This document shows, in pieces, positions 9,776 through 23,976 of a stretch of 64,000 nucleotides of DNA (positions are counted from its first letter, which is position 1; every line of letters begins with the position of its first letter). The stretch covers positions 512,001 to 576,000 of the forward strand of contig CBDDEL010000015.1 of NCBI GenBank assembly GCA_965226885.1. Direction: 5' to 3'. The notes under the pieces are model-generated. The model did not search any database. It saw nothing but the letters and a program-made list of their open reading frames with translations, and was not told where the DNA came from. Position numbers and translations under genes: made by a program. The DNA comes from Opitutales bacterium. Its GTDB lineage: Bacteria; Verrucomicrobiota; Verrucomicrobiia; Opitutales; UBA2987.

Positions 9776-11665
9776 ATGCCCCTGGTGACACGCAATTGTA
9801 TTGAAGATATTCGGCGGCAGTTGAATATTTACGATGTCGTCTCGCCCGTGGTTTCCCTCAAGCGATCGGGCAAAAACTTCGTCGGCCTGAGCCCCTTCAA
9901 TTCGGAAAAAACTCCCTCTTTTTTTATCCTGCCTGATAAAAATCTTTTCAAATGCTTTTCCAGCGGATTGGCTGGCGACCAGTTTCGATTCATCGAGCTG
10001 ACCGAAAAATTGACCTTTAGCGAAGCGATTGAAGCAATTGCCAATCGCTTCAATTTCAAGCTGGAGTATGAAGGCGGGGCCGCGCCCAGAACCGAATCGC
10101 GCTCATTGAGGAAGGAAATCCTGGAAATCCACGATCTGGCCGCGGAATATTTTCACCAGGCCTTCAAGGCGGACAACGAGGATGCCCACCAAATGCGCCA
10201 ATACTGGACGGTGGAGCGCAAGTTTACCCTGGAATTGGCCGACGATTTCAAGATCGGCTACTCACCCAGAAAACAAACCGGGCTGTTGGAAAATTTGCTG
10301 AAAAAAAACTACAGCCGCGACGCCTTCGACAAATGCGGGTTGTTTTATCTCAATTCCGGTAAGACCGGTAAGATTAATCCGGCCAGGTGCAAGTTCCGGT
10401 TTCGCGGCCGGCTGATGATTCCGATCCGCGATTACCAGGGGCAGGTAATCGCTTTTTCGGCCCGGCAAACAGAAATCACACCGACCGAAGACCCCAGCCA
10501 TAAGGCGAAATACATCAACTCGCCCCAAACCCCCATTTTCACCAAAGGAAATATCGTTTTCGGCCTGGATCGGGCGCGCCGCCATATCAATGAGGTGAAA
10601 AAGTTCATCCTCGTCGAGGGACAACTCGATGCCATGCGGTGCTGGCAGCATGGTTTTAAAACCGTCGTGGCTCCGCAGGGCACTTCCATCACAAACGAAC
10701 AATTGCGCCTCCTCAAACGTTACGCGGATAGACTCGATTGTGTGCTTGATGGGGACGAAGCGGGTCAAAAGGCGGCCCTCCGCCTGCTGCCCTTGACATT
10801 GGCGACTGGTTTGGAAACGCGTTTCCTGAACCTTGCCCCCGGAGAAGATCCCGACACCCTTCTGGCCGAGGGCAAGACCGAAGAGTTTGCCAAAAAAATG
10901 GAATCGGCCCTCTCGGAGATGCAATTCGCAGTTGCCGCCTTGTTGCCCGACGACAACCCCTCGGCCCGGCAAAAAGCGGAGGCGCTGGAAAAGATTTTTG
11001 AAATCGTTGTGCAAACGGAATCCGAAGCGGCGCAGCAATCCTACCTCATGGAAACAGGCAGGCTGTTGCGCCTGGTGGACATGGACGACCGGGCCGTTTA
11101 CCAAAGATTTCTGCAATTCAAATGGCGCAAAAAAAGAAACAGGGCGTCAATTCCACTGGCTGAGGCAAGGCCGGAGGAAAAAGAAAAATACTCAGGGAGG
11201 TTGACAACTTCGGAATATGAGCTACTTTTGATAGCTTTCCACAATCAGGACCTCATCCAATATATTGCAGAAGTTATTGATAGTGAATGGATTGATTCAA
11301 GTCTCATTCACGGCAAACTTCTCGATCGAATTCTTGCAGAATACAAAGAGGACCTCTGGGAGGGGATTGAAAAGATAGATTTACTTTTTGAAACCGAGGA
11401 AGAAAAAAACGCCGCCTATTCATTAATGGCATTGGATCCGGTGGAACTAGGTTTTGAAGATCCAGTTGATATTGCCAACCGTTGTCTTAAATCACTTGCC
11501 GAAAAATATGCCCGTAAACAAAGTCGTAAAATTACCGATCAAATTGCAGCCCTGCCCACCCCATCGGATGAATTTCCTCAACTTCAGGGAAAGCTCGTAG
11601 AATTGCGCCGCCTTAAAAATAATCTTCCACTCATATCGATTTCAACCACCAGCAGCCCTGGTTAA
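9776..11665 (+). CDS. dnaG: DNA primase
   Basis: [31 protein letters not shown] and DGDEAG Toprim motifs; upstream of rpoD. Confidence 0.97.
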   Translation: MPLVTRNCIEDIRRQLNIYDVVSPVVSLKRSGKNFVGLSPFNSEKTPSFFILPDKNLFKCFSSGLAGDQFRFIELTEKLTFSEAIEAIANRFNFKLEYEGGAAPRTESRSLRKEILEIHDLAAEYFHQAFKADNEDAHQMRQYWTVERKFTLELADDFKIGYSPRKQTGLLENLLKKNYSRDAFDKCGLFYLNSGKTGKINPARCKFRFRGRLMIPIRDYQGQVIAFSARQTEITPTEDPSHKAKYINSPQTPIFTKGNIVFGLDRARRHINEVKKFILVEGQLDAMRCWQHGFKTVVAPQGTSITNEQLRLLKRYADRLDCVLDGDEAGQKAALRLLPLTLATGLETRFLNLAPGEDPDTLLAEGKTEEFAKKMESALSEMQFAVAALLPDDNPSARQKAEALEKIFEIVVQTESEAAQQSYLMETGRLLRLVDMDDRAVYQRFLQFKWRKKRNRASIPLAEARPEEKEKYSGRLTTSEYELLLIAFHNQDLIQYIAEVIDSEWIDSSLIHGKLLDRILAEYKEDLWEGIEKIDLLFETEEEKNAAYSLMALDPVELGFEDPVDIANRCLKSLAEKYARKQSRKITDQIAALPTPSDEFPQLQGKLVELRRLKNNLPLISISTTSSPG

Positions 11666-11679
11666 TCATTTATTCAATT

Positions 11680-13458
11680 ATGCCCACGACCAAAACGAAG
11701 AAAAAAACCGAAACGGCCCCCGTTAAGAAAGCGCCTTCGAAAAAGCTCGAAACCAATAATAAAAAGCCACGGCCGCAAAAAGAAAAAAAGTCCCAGCCCA
11801 AGACAGAGCTTATCAACGAAAAGATACGGGGGCTCATCCGTCTCTCCAAAGAGCAGGGTTACCTGACTTTCAAGGATATCAACAAATCCCTCCCGGACAC
11901 TGTCAACAGACCGGAGGAAATTGAGAATGTCATTTCCATTCTCGAAAACCTGGAAGTCAATATCATCGATTCGGAAGATGTCGAAAGGTATAAAGAGCGC
12001 CTCCAGAAATATACCGAGGAGGAGTTGCGAAGCTCTCAACTCGACATTCTGGACGATCCCGTGCGCATGTACCTCAAGCAAATGGGGCAAGTGCCGCTGC
12101 TCACACGGGAGCAGGAAGTGGCCATCTCCAAGCGAATTGAAAATGCCGAGCAAAGAGCGCAAAACGAGCTCTACTCGGTCGGGTTCACGGCCTCTTACCA
12201 GGTCGAACTGGCGCGCAAGCTCTACAACCGAGAAGAGCGATTTGATCGGCTGGTCCTGGACAAGAAAATCGACAGTCGGGAAAAATATTTCCAAAGCCTC
12301 CCCAAGCACATGGAGGCGATCGAGGAACTGCAAAAGCGCATGGACAAGGCCTGGATCAGTTCCCTCAATGCCACCTCGGTACCCAATGCCAAGCGCGCTC
12401 GCACCCGATTTAAAAAATACCAGGCGCAGCTCAAGCCGATATTCCGTAAATTCTGTTTCAAATTGAAAGTATTTGAAGAATACCTCAATTCCCTTCATCC
12501 GGCGCGCCGGAAGATCGAGATTCATTACGAGAACATCGATCTGGCAGAAAAGGCCCGCACCCGCAAACACAAGGCCATCAACACCGAAGATATCCACCGC
12601 AAGCTAAAGCAAATCGAAAATGAGCTGCACCTGGATCCGGCCGAATTTCTACGCATTATCCAAGCCGTGCGCAGAGGCATGCGCAAAGCCCATAAAGCCA
12701 AAACGGAAATGGTCGAGGCCAACCTGCGCCTGGTCATCAGCATCGCAAAAAAGTACACCAATCGCGGACTCTCATTTCTCGACCTTATCCAGGAAGGCAA
12801 TATGGGTCTGATGAAAGCGGTGGAAAAATTCGAATACCGCCGGGGTTATAAATTTTCCACCTATGCCACCTGGTGGATTCGGCAGGCCATCACCCGTTCC
12901 ATTGCCGATCAAGCCCGCACTATCCGCATCCCCGTGCACATGATCGAAACCCTCAACAAAGTCATGCAGGTGCAAAAACAACTCTTGCAGGAATTGGGGC
13001 ACGAACCCACGGCTGAGGAAGTGGCCGATGAGATGCAACTACCCGTGGAGCGCGTTAAGGCCATTATGAAAATGGCTCAGCAACCCATCTCATTGCAAAG
13101 TCCCGTAGGCGATAGCGACGACACCAATTTTGGCGATTTTATAGAGGACAAAGGTGCGGAAAACCCCTACGACATGACGGCCTACAGCCTGCTCCGGGAA
13201 AAAATCATGGACGTCCTCGACAGCTTGACCGAGCGAGAGAGACGCGTCCTCTCCCTGCGATTTGGCTTGGTCGATGGATACAGCCGCACCCTTGAGGAAG
13301 TGGGCCGCCAGTTTAACGTAACCCGTGAACGCATCCGCCAGATTGAGGCCAAAGCCCTTCGCAAAATGCGCCACCCCACCCGAATCCGGCAGTTGCACGG
13401 CTTCTTCGAGCCCTACCAGGCCAACCGCCGATTGGAAACTGCCCAGCGCCGCAACTAG
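11680..13458 (+). CDS. rpoD: RNA polymerase primary sigma factor
   Basis: [49 protein letters not shown]. Confidence 0.98.
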   Translation: MPTTKTKKKTETAPVKKAPSKKLETNNKKPRPQKEKKSQPKTELINEKIRGLIRLSKEQGYLTFKDINKSLPDTVNRPEEIENVISILENLEVNIIDSEDVERYKERLQKYTEEELRSSQLDILDDPVRMYLKQMGQVPLLTREQEVAISKRIENAEQRAQNELYSVGFTASYQVELARKLYNREERFDRLVLDKKIDSREKYFQSLPKHMEAIEELQKRMDKAWISSLNATSVPNAKRARTRFKKYQAQLKPIFRKFCFKLKVFEEYLNSLHPARRKIEIHYENIDLAEKARTRKHKAINTEDIHRKLKQIENELHLDPAEFLRIIQAVRRGMRKAHKAKTEMVEANLRLVISIAKKYTNRGLSFLDLIQEGNMGLMKAVEKFEYRRGYKFSTYATWWIRQAITRSIADQARTIRIPVHMIETLNKVMQVQKQLLQELGHEPTAEEVADEMQLPVERVKAIMKMAQQPISLQSPVGDSDDTNFGDFIEDKGAENPYDMTAYSLLREKIMDVLDSLTERERRVLSLRFGLVDGYSRTLEEVGRQFNVTRERIRQIEAKALRKMRHPTRIRQLHGFFEPYQANRRLETAQRRN

Positions 13459-13483
13459 CGCCAGCCAACGTCAGAATTGCTGG

Positions 13484-13512
13484 TTGACAAATCTCAGCCG
13501 TAAGTGGACAAT
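13484..13512 (+). promoter_or_regulatory. Candidate sigma70 promoter for tatA
   Basis: TTGACA-17 nt-GACAAT upstream of tatA. Confidence 0.4.
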
Positions 13513-13551
13513 TACTGAAGAACGACTAAACCCTATCTACCCACATAAAAA

Positions 13552-13896
13552 ATGCAGCTCAGTCAGGCAGCGGCTTCACCCATCGGTTTTTTACAAGGGA
13601 TCGGAACAACCGAGCTCCTCATCATTTTTTTTGTAGTCCTCCTTTTATTTGGGGCCAAGAAACTCCCCGAGCTGGCCCGAGGCATGGGAAAATCGATCAA
13701 AGAGTTCAAAAAAGCCACCAACGAAATCGAAGAAGATATCCGCACCGCTATCGATTCTCCGGAACCCCCTGCCAAACCGCAAGCCCAAGTAGATATACCC
13801 AATAAAGTTTCCCCGGCACAGGAGCCAGCCCCCCTAGCAGCAGAATCCACGGATGCCGAACAAGCCACTCCCCAGGTAGAAGGAAATAAATCCTGA
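13552..13896 (+). CDS. tatA: Twin-arginine translocase TatA/E subunit
   Basis: [38 protein letters not shown]. Confidence 0.93.
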   Translation: MQLSQAAASPIGFLQGIGTTELLIIFFVVLLLFGAKKLPELARGMGKSIKEFKKATNEIEEDIRTAIDSPEPPAKPQAQVDIPNKVSPAQEPAPLAAESTDAEQATPQVEGNKS

Positions 13897-14221
13897 TAGA
13901 AATCCGCCAGCGCCGAGCGCGGGCCAGTCTATCTTTTGGGGTCAAGTGAGGGCGCTGAATTAACCCAGATTTATCATCTGGGAAACAGTAGCTTCAAATG
14001 AGAATCAACCCGACGGTTATGACGGCTCCGAGGAGGAGGGCGGCGAGGATTTCCTTGCGAACGTCCATGCCCATTGAGGCTTCGAGATTTGGATGTAATT
14101 CGCGCCTGGTCCCGGCAGTTATTTCTTTCGCCTTCATGTAACCTTAAAAGTCGGTCGGGAAAGAACTTTCCTTTAGCCCAAACGGCAATAATTTGGCTTT
14201 GGATGAGGTTTCGCACACCCC

Positions 14222-14683
14222 TCAGGGATGGACGAACTCGTGTTCGGGGTGGCGGATGGTGAGCACCGGACAGGGCGCTTTGCGGACTACTTTTTCGGCC
14301 GTACTGCCGAGAAACATGTGTTTGACGGCCCCGTGCCCGTGCGTTGCCATGATAATCAAATCGACAACTTCTCGCCGGGCAACTCCTATGATCTCTGGAA
14401 AAGGCTCTCCCACCCGCAACTCGGAACTCACTTTTACGCCCTCGGCGGCTACCCGTTCCTCAATTTTATGCAGATGTTTATTGGCGGCTTTCTGAATCTG
14501 CAAGTCAAGGTCCCCGGAATCCACCCCAATGGAATAAGCAACCGGAAATATGGTGCCGCTGGTGACATGGATTAGGAGCACTTCGGCATCGAATTTTTTG
14601 GCCAGTTCGATAACGTAGGATTGAGCATGGGCAGCAAAATCCGAGAAATCGGTCGGATAGAGAATTTTTTTCAGTTCAATCAT
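14222..14683 (-). CDS. Universal stress protein
   Basis: KKILYPTDFS, DLIIMATHG, LGSTAEKVVRKAPCPVL. Confidence 0.93.
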   Translation of the reverse strand: MIELKKILYPTDFSDFAAHAQSYVIELAKKFDAEVLLIHVTSGTIFPVAYSIGVDSGDLDLQIQKAANKHLHKIEERVAAEGVKVSSELRVGEPFPEIIGVARREVVDLIIMATHGHGAVKHMFLGSTAEKVVRKAPCPVLTIRHPEHEFVHP

Positions 14684-14819
14684 AATACCACCTCCATTTT
14701 CATTCTAATTGGAACCTCCCTCATCGCAGGCATTCCCTTATTGAACATTAATCAGGTTAGATTATAGTGTCAAATGAATGGAGGGGAAATTAGGGCAAAA
14801 TGGCACAATCACAGGAAAA

Positions 14820-17245
<2,426 letters not shown>

Positions 17246-17725
17246 GCCGAAGGCGGTATTTCAATAACCCTGCCGCTGTAAAGCGGTTTGCAGCTGGGTT
17301 TGGAATTCCATAAAATCTTCGCTATCCGGCTTGTAACCTTGGCGGGCGGGGACGAGCCCAAGACGGCCCATGGTGTCGATCTGCCAATCAGCTTTTTCTC
17401 CATCGCTGAAGCAGACCGTTCCGCTGACCATCGTGCCCGGCTTGACCAGTTTGTCCACCTCGATCCTTACTCCCCCTTCGTCCGCGACCAATCCAACGGA
17501 GTTGGAGTTCCCAGCGGGCTTTTTACTTTCCTCACGGTCTTTGAGGGATAGATCGAGATCATCGACGAGGAAACGCACATCCATATAGGTGAGGCTGAGC
17601 TTCCATTGGTCTGACATTTTTTTCTGGATTTCCGCTAGCCCGGAAATTTCATAAAAAAAGTATCGCTGATATGCTTATCTGCTGATATACAGCAGGATAG
17701 ATTAAACATTAAAGCAATATCAGCG

Positions 17726-19036
17726 ATGACAAAAAGTAAACAATTAGAACTACAGTTGACAAGGGTAAAAGGCCGCCGTGTGCGGGTTGATTTTAAGGGC
17801 GGTGAGGTTACTTCGGATGCCGGGCTGCTTTTGATCCGGGAAGTGGATCGGCGGTTGGGCTTGACCGAGCAAGCGGCCCGGCAATTAGTAGACAAACGGC
17901 AGAAGGGCAAAGTGCGCCATGAGATGCTGGCCATGATCCGGCAGCGCGTTTACGGGCTGGTGGCGGGCTATGAGGATTTGAACGACTTTGACACCCTGCG
18001 CCGCGATCCTTTGTTGCAAACGGTAACGGGGCGCACTGAAGCGTTGGCCAGCGCGCCGACTTTGTGTCGTTTTGAAAACGGGCAGGATCGGCGGGCAGCC
18101 TTTGCCCTGAACGAGTTGTTGGTCGAACAGTTCATGGGCTCCTTTGCCGAGGAACCCGAAGAGATCATCCTGGACTTTGACGCCACCGACAATCCGGTGC
18201 ACGGGCTCCAGGAGGGACGTTTTTTCCACGGTTATTATGATCATTACTGTTTTCTGCCGCTGTATGTTTTTTGCGGCGATCAGCTTCTGGTGGCCTACCT
18301 GCGGCCCAGCAAGATCGATGCGAGCAAGCATGCCGGGGCCATCCTCAAATTGCTGGTTAAACGGATTCGCCAAAGCTGGCCCCATACGCGGATTATTTGG
18401 CGTGCCGACAGCGGATTCTGCCGGGATCGGATTCTCTCGTGGTGCGAGCGCAACGAGGTTTATTTTATAGTGGGAACGGCCCGCCATGCACGCTTGCAGC
18501 AAGCGGCCCGGCAGTTGCAGGAGCAAGCCAAACAATGGTTCGAGGGTAGCGGCAGAAAGCAACGGCTGTTTCAGCACTTCGAGTATGGGGCAAAATCGTG
18601 GCGGCGCCAACGCCTTATCATCCACAAAGCCGAACACACCGCACAGGGGTCCAACCCGCGCTTCGTGGTGACGAACCTGCAGGGCGATCCCCAAGAGCTT
18701 TACGACAAAGTATACTGTGGCCGCGGTGAGATGGAGAACCGGATCAAGGAACAGATGCAATTGTTCAGCGAACGCACCAGCGCGCATAAATGGTGGGCCA
18801 ACCAGTGGCGATTGCTCTTGTCGGGGCTGGCCTACACCTTGATGGAAGCCTTGCGCCGGTTCGCATTAAAAGGGACGAAGTGGGCGCGGCTCCAATGCCA
18901 CAGTCTACGGCTAAAATTAATCAAGATCGGAGCGGTAATCGTGCGCAACACCCGAACGATTCACTTTCATCTAAGTGAAAGTTATCCATGGGCCAGTCTT
19001 TTCAACCATGCGGCCCGCCGGTTGGTGCCAACCTAA
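17726..19036 (+). CDS. IS1380-family transposase (copy A)
   Basis: TSDAG, LDFDATD, RADSGF and RGEMENRIKE motifs of the DDE_Tnp_1_4 type. Confidence 0.93.
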   Translation: MTKSKQLELQLTRVKGRRVRVDFKGGEVTSDAGLLLIREVDRRLGLTEQAARQLVDKRQKGKVRHEMLAMIRQRVYGLVAGYEDLNDFDTLRRDPLLQTVTGRTEALASAPTLCRFENGQDRRAAFALNELLVEQFMGSFAEEPEEIILDFDATDNPVHGLQEGRFFHGYYDHYCFLPLYVFCGDQLLVAYLRPSKIDASKHAGAILKLLVKRIRQSWPHTRIIWRADSGFCRDRILSWCERNEVYFIVGTARHARLQQAARQLQEQAKQWFEGSGRKQRLFQHFEYGAKSWRRQRLIIHKAEHTAQGSNPRFVVTNLQGDPQELYDKVYCGRGEMENRIKEQMQLFSERTSAHKWWANQWRLLLSGLAYTLMEALRRFALKGTKWARLQCHSLRLKLIKIGAVIVRNTRTIHFHLSESYPWASLFNHAARRLVPT

Positions 19037-20603
19037 CCCGGATATTTCGTAAAAAAAGTATCGTTGATATGCTTAACTGCTGATATACAGCAGGATAGAT
19101 CAATAATTAAAGCAATATCAGCGATGACAAAAGGTAAACAATTAAAGCTACAGTTGACAAGGGTAAAAGGCCGCCGTGTGCGGGTTGATTTCAAGGGCGG
19201 AGAGGTTACTTCGGATGCCGGACTGCTTTTGATCCGGGAAGTGGATCGGCAGTTGGGCTTGACCGAACGAGCGGCCCGACAGTTAGTGGACAAACGGCAG
19301 AAGGGCAAAGTACGCCATGAGGTATTGGGGATGCTGCGGCAGCGCGTTTACGGGCTGGTGGCGGGCTATGAGGATTTGAACGACTTTGATACCCTGCGCC
19401 ACGATCCATTGTTGCAAACGGTAACGGGGCGCATTGAAACGTTGGCCAGCGCGCCGACTTTGTGTCGTTTTGAAAACGGGCAGGATCGGCGGGCGGCCTT
19501 TGCGGTAAACGAGCTGTTGGTCGAACAGTTCATGGGCTCCTTTGCCGAGGAACCCGAAGAGATCATCCTGGACTTTGACGCCACCGACACTCCGGTGCAC
19601 GGGCTCCAGGAGGGACGTTTTTTCCACGGTTATTATGATCATTACTGTTTTCTGCCGCTATATGTTTTTTGCGGTGATCAGCTGCTGGTGGCCTACCTGC
19701 GGCCGAGCAAGATCGATGCCAGCAAGCATGCCGGGGCCATCCTCAAATTGCTGGTTAAACGGATTCGCCAAAGCTGGCCCCGTACGCGGATTATTTGGCG
19801 CGCCGACAGTGGATTTTGTCGAGACCGGATACTCTCTTGGTGCGACCGCAACGAAGTTAGTTACATCGTGGGGATGGCTCGCAATGCACGCTTGCAGCAA
19901 GACGCCCAGCAGTTGCAAAAGCAGGCCAAAGAATGGTTCGAACTAAGGGGTAAAAAACAACGGTTATTCCAGGACTTCGTCTATGCTGCCGATTCGTGGC
20001 GATGGCTGCGGTTGGTCATCCATAAAGCCGAACACACCGCACAGGGGTCCAACCCGCGCTTCGTGGTGACGAACCTGCCGGGCGATCCCCAGGAGCTTTA
20101 CGACAAGGTATACTGTGGCCGCGGTGAAATGGAGAACCGAATCAAGGAACAGATGCAATTGTTCAGCGAGCGCACCAGCGCCCATCAATGGTGGGCCAAT
20201 CAGTGGCGATTGCTCTTGTCGGCGCTGGCCTACACCTTGATGGAAGCCATGCGCCGGTTAGCCTTAAAAGGGACGAAGTGGCCGCGGGCCCAATGCCACA
20301 CCCTGCGGCTCAAATTAATCAAGATCGGAGCGGTCATCGTGCGCAACACCCGAACGATTCACTTTCACCTAAGTGAGAGTTATCCTTGGGCCAGTCTTTT
20401 CAACCATGCGGCCCGCCGATTGGTGCCAACCTAAAGGGTGCATTGGTGCTGCCCCCGGCACTACCGAACCAATGGGGGAAAGGGGGCAGTGTCTCTACAC
20501 CCTGAAAAACACCTAAAAATCAAGACGATCTGCTCAAAATACAAAGAAATCCATCTCCAATAGCAATAACGAGCCAAACTTTACCCTTCATGAAATATCC
20601 GGG
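19037..20603 (+). mobile_element. IS1380-family copy B (1567 bp), transposase 19124-20434
   Basis: Both TIRs; flanked by CTAA (19033-36 = stop codon of copy A, and 20604-07). Confidence 0.95.
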
Positions 20604-20607
20604 CTAA

Positions 20608-22174
20608 CCCGGATATTTCGTAAAAAAAGTATCGTTGATATGCTTAACTGCTGATATACAGCAGGATAGATCAATAATTAAAGCAATATCAGCGATGACA
20701 AAAGGTAAACAATTAAAGCTACAGTTGACAAGGGTAAAAGGCCGCCGTGTGCGGGTTGATTTCAAGGGCGGAGAGGTTACTTCGGATGCCGGACTGCTTT
20801 TGATCCGGGAAGTGGATCGGCAGTTGGGCTTGACCGAACGAGCGGCCCGACAGTTAGTGGACAAACGGCAGAAGGGCAAAGTACGCCATGAGGTATTGGG
20901 GATGCTGCGGCAGCGCGTTTACGGGCTGGTGGCGGGCTATGAGGATTTGAACGACTTTGATACCCTGCGCCACGATCCATTGTTGCAAACGGTAACGGGG
21001 CGCATTGAAACGTTGGCCAGCGCGCCGACTTTGTGTCGTTTTGAAAACGGGCAGGATCGGCGGGCGGCCTTTGCGGTAAACGAGCTGTTGGTCGAACAGT
21101 TCATGGGCTCCTTTGCCGAGGAACCCGAAGAGATCATCCTGGACTTTGACGCCACCGACAATCCGGTGCACGGGCTCCAGGAGGGACGTTTTTTCCACGG
21201 TTATTATGATCATTACTGTTTTCTGCCGCTATATGTTTTTTGCGGTGATCAGCTGCTGGTGGCCTACCTGCGGCCGAGCAAGATCGATGCCAGCAAGCAT
21301 GCTGGGGCCATCCTCAAATTGCTGGTTAAACGGATTCGCCAAAGCTGGCCCCGTACGCGGATTATTTGGCGCGCCGACAGTGGATTTTGTCGAGACCGGA
21401 TACTCTCTTGGTGCGACCGCAACGAAGTTAGTTACATCGTGGGGATGGCTCGCAATGCACGCTTGCAGCAAGACGCCCAGCAGTTGCAAAAGCAGGCCAA
21501 AGAATGGTTCGAACTAAGGGGTAAAAAACAACGGTTATTCCAGGACTTCGTCTATGCTGCCGATTCGTGGCGATGGCTGCGGTTGGTCATCCATAAAGCC
21601 GAACACACCGCACAGGGGTCCAACCCGCGCTTCGTGGTGACGAACCTGCCGGGCGATCCCCAGGAGCTTTACGACAAGGTATACTGTGGCCGCGGTGAAA
21701 TGGAGAACCGAATCAAGGAACAGATGCAATTGTTCAGCGAGCGCACCAGCGCCCATCAATGGTGGGCCAATCAGTGGCGATTGCTCTTGTCGGCGCTGGC
21801 CTACACCTTGATGGAAGCCATGCGCCGGTTAGCCTTAAAAGGGACGAAGTGGGCGCGGGCCCAATGCCACACCCTGCGGCTCAAATTAATCAAGATCGGA
21901 GCGGTCATCGTGCGCAACACCCGAACGATTCACTTTCACCTAAGTGAGAGTTATCCTTGGGCCAGTCTTTTCAACCATGCGGCCCGCCGATTGGTGCCAA
22001 CCTAAAGGGTGCATTGGTGCTGCCCCCGGCACTACCGAACCAATGGGGGAAAGGGGGCAGTGTCTCTACACCCTGAAAAACACCTAAAAATCAAGACGAT
22101 CTGCTCAAAATACAAAGAAATCCATCTCCAATAGCAATAACGAGCCAAACTTTACCCTTCATGAAATATCCGGG
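20608..22174 (+). mobile_element. IS1380-family copy C (1567 bp), transposase 20695-22005
   Basis: In tandem with B across a CTAA spacer; CTAA at 22175-78. Confidence 0.95.
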
Positions 22175-22572
22175 CTAAAGGGCGCATTGGCGCTGCCCCC
22201 GGCGCTACCGAACCAATGGGGGAAAGGGGGAAGTGTCTCTACACCCTGAAAAACACCTCAAAATCAAGACGATCCGCCCAAAATACAAAGAAATCCATCT
22301 CCAATAGCAATAACGAGCACGAGCCAAACTTTACCCTTCATGAAATATCCGGGCTAGCGACATTCCCTGCGCAACCCATTGAGCCAGGCTATCTTTCTGT
22401 TCCGCCGATAATTCCATGATTTATCTTCTGCTATTGTTGCGATCTGGATGCAGATTTTATATGCTAGGACTCGACACACTCAAAACTGTATCCTGAAACC
22501 TGTTTTTCCACCTCCTGAAAATATTGACTCATCATTCACCATGAAAAAGCAGAAGGGTCGGCCTTCCATCAA

Positions 22573-23976
22573 TCATGCCATATAATTGGCCAGTTCCTTG
22601 GTCAAGTAATCGACATTGCGTTTCACGGTGACGTCCTGCTCCATCATGTTGACCACTGTTTTGCAGGCATGGATGACGGTGCCGTGGTCCCTACCGCCAA
22701 AATTTTCCCCGATCTCCTGAAGGCTGTGGTTGGTCAGGTTGCGGCTTAAATACATGGCGATTTGCCGGGGAAAAGCGATATTGCTGGGACGTCTGCGGGT
22801 TATCATGTCGCCCAGGCGTAGTTGGAAAAACTCTACCACTTTTTTCTGTATTTTTTCAATGCTGATCTGATTCTGGGCTTCTTCCTGGAAAGTGTAGTGC
22901 AATAATTTTTCCACGATATCGATATTGAGGTCTTGGTTCATCAAAGTGCCGTAACTAGCAACCTTGATCAGTGCGCCCTCCAGCCTGCGAACATTGCTGG
23001 TGATGCGCTGGGCCAAAAATTGCAGAATTTCATCGGAGATGTTGAAATTCATGGCTTTGGCTTTGTTGCTCAGGATGGCTTGGCGGGTCTCAAGATCTGG
23101 CGCTTGAATATCCGTGACCATGCCCCATTGAAACCGTGAAAGGAGCCGATTTTCCAACTTGGAGATATCGCTGGCGGGGCGGTCGCTGGTCAGGCAAATC
23201 TGCCGCTGCGCCTCGAACAATTCGTTGAAGGTGTGGAAAAACTCTTCCTGAATCCGTTCCTTGCCGGCCAGGAACTGGACGTCGTCAATGAGCAATAGCT
23301 CAATATTGCGGTAAAATTTACGGAAATTGACGAGTGTGTGCTCCTGAATGGCCCGAATAAATTCGTTGGTGAACTTCTCGCAGGAAACATAGACCACCCT
23401 GGCATCCGGGTTATCATCAAAAACGGAGTGCGCGATGGCATGCAGCAGATGGGTTTTGCCCAGGCCGGTATCGGCGTAAAGAAAAAGCGGATTGTATGCT
23501 TTGGCTGGCAGTTTGGCCACCGCCATGCTGGCCGCATGGGCCAGTTGATTGCCGGAACCGACAATAAAATTTTTAAATGTATTTCGCGGGTTTATCAGCG
23601 GGGAACTCGTTTTGCCCCTGTTCGTATTCGGTGCAGTTCGGTTGTTAGAACCCATCCGGCCATCTCTCTCAGGCAATCTTTGGGAAGAGGATGGTTGGGC
23701 CGGTTTCGACTTTTCGGGGCAGCCCTCGACTTTTAATACCACCTCATAGGTTCGGCCGCCAGCCAGTTTAAATTTCTCCTCAATGAGGTCTATATAATTA
23801 TCTTTGATCCATATCTCGGCAAACTCGTTAGGGACGCCCAGCACTATCCTCCCATCTTGCACTTCCAGGCAGCGCAGGTTGGCAAACCAAGCATCAAAAA
23901 TATCACGTTGAAAGAGCGATTTGAATTCTTCCTTTACACTGTACCAAAGGTTTTCTACGGCCGCGCTCTGTGTCAT
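22573..23976 (-). CDS. dnaA: Chromosomal replication initiator
   Basis: YNPLFLY, GLGKTHL, LLIDDVQF, EEFFHTFN, RDHGTVIHA. Confidence 0.97.
   Translation of the reverse strand: MTQSAAVENLWYSVKEEFKSLFQRDIFDAWFANLRCLEVQDGRIVLGVPNEFAEIWIKDNYIDLIEEKFKLAGGRTYEVVLKVEGCPEKSKPAQPSSSQRLPERDGRMGSNNRTAPNTNRGKTSSPLINPRNTFKNFIVGSGNQLAHAASMAVAKLPAKAYNPLFLYADTGLGKTHLLHAIAHSVFDDNPDARVVYVSCEKFTNEFIRAIQEHTLVNFRKFYRNIELLLIDDVQFLAGKERIQEEFFHTFNELFEAQRQICLTSDRPASDISKLENRLLSRFQWGMVTDIQAPDLETRQAILSNKAKAMNFNISDEILQFLAQRITSNVRRLEGALIKVASYGTLMNQDLNIDIVEKLLHYTFQEEAQNQISIEKIQKKVVEFFQLRLGDMITRRRPSNIAFPRQIAMYLSRNLTNHSLQEIGENFGGRDHGTVIHACKTVVNMMEQDVTVKRNVDYLTKELANYMA

Larger units (their letters stand above)
17639..22353 (+). 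mobile_element. IS1380-family copy A (diverged isoform, 1573 bp net) carrying two nested copies
   Basis: TIR CCCGGA(A/T)ATTTCAT; CTAG duplication at 17635-38 and 22354-57; right-end tail resumes at 22179. Confidence 0.93.
17261..22417 (-). pseudogene. Conserved hypothetical gene split by IS1380 cluster 1
   Basis: Removing 17639-22357 restores MELSAEQKDSLAQWVAQGMSLAEIQKKMSDQWKLSLTYMDVRFLVDDL in frame; ATG at 22417. Confidence 0.85.

Noticed and set aside
19064..19123. Extended TTG start giving 456-aa IS1380 transposases
   Set aside because: Copy A is called from the ATG (436 aa), which is conserved in all copies and is the more plausible start.
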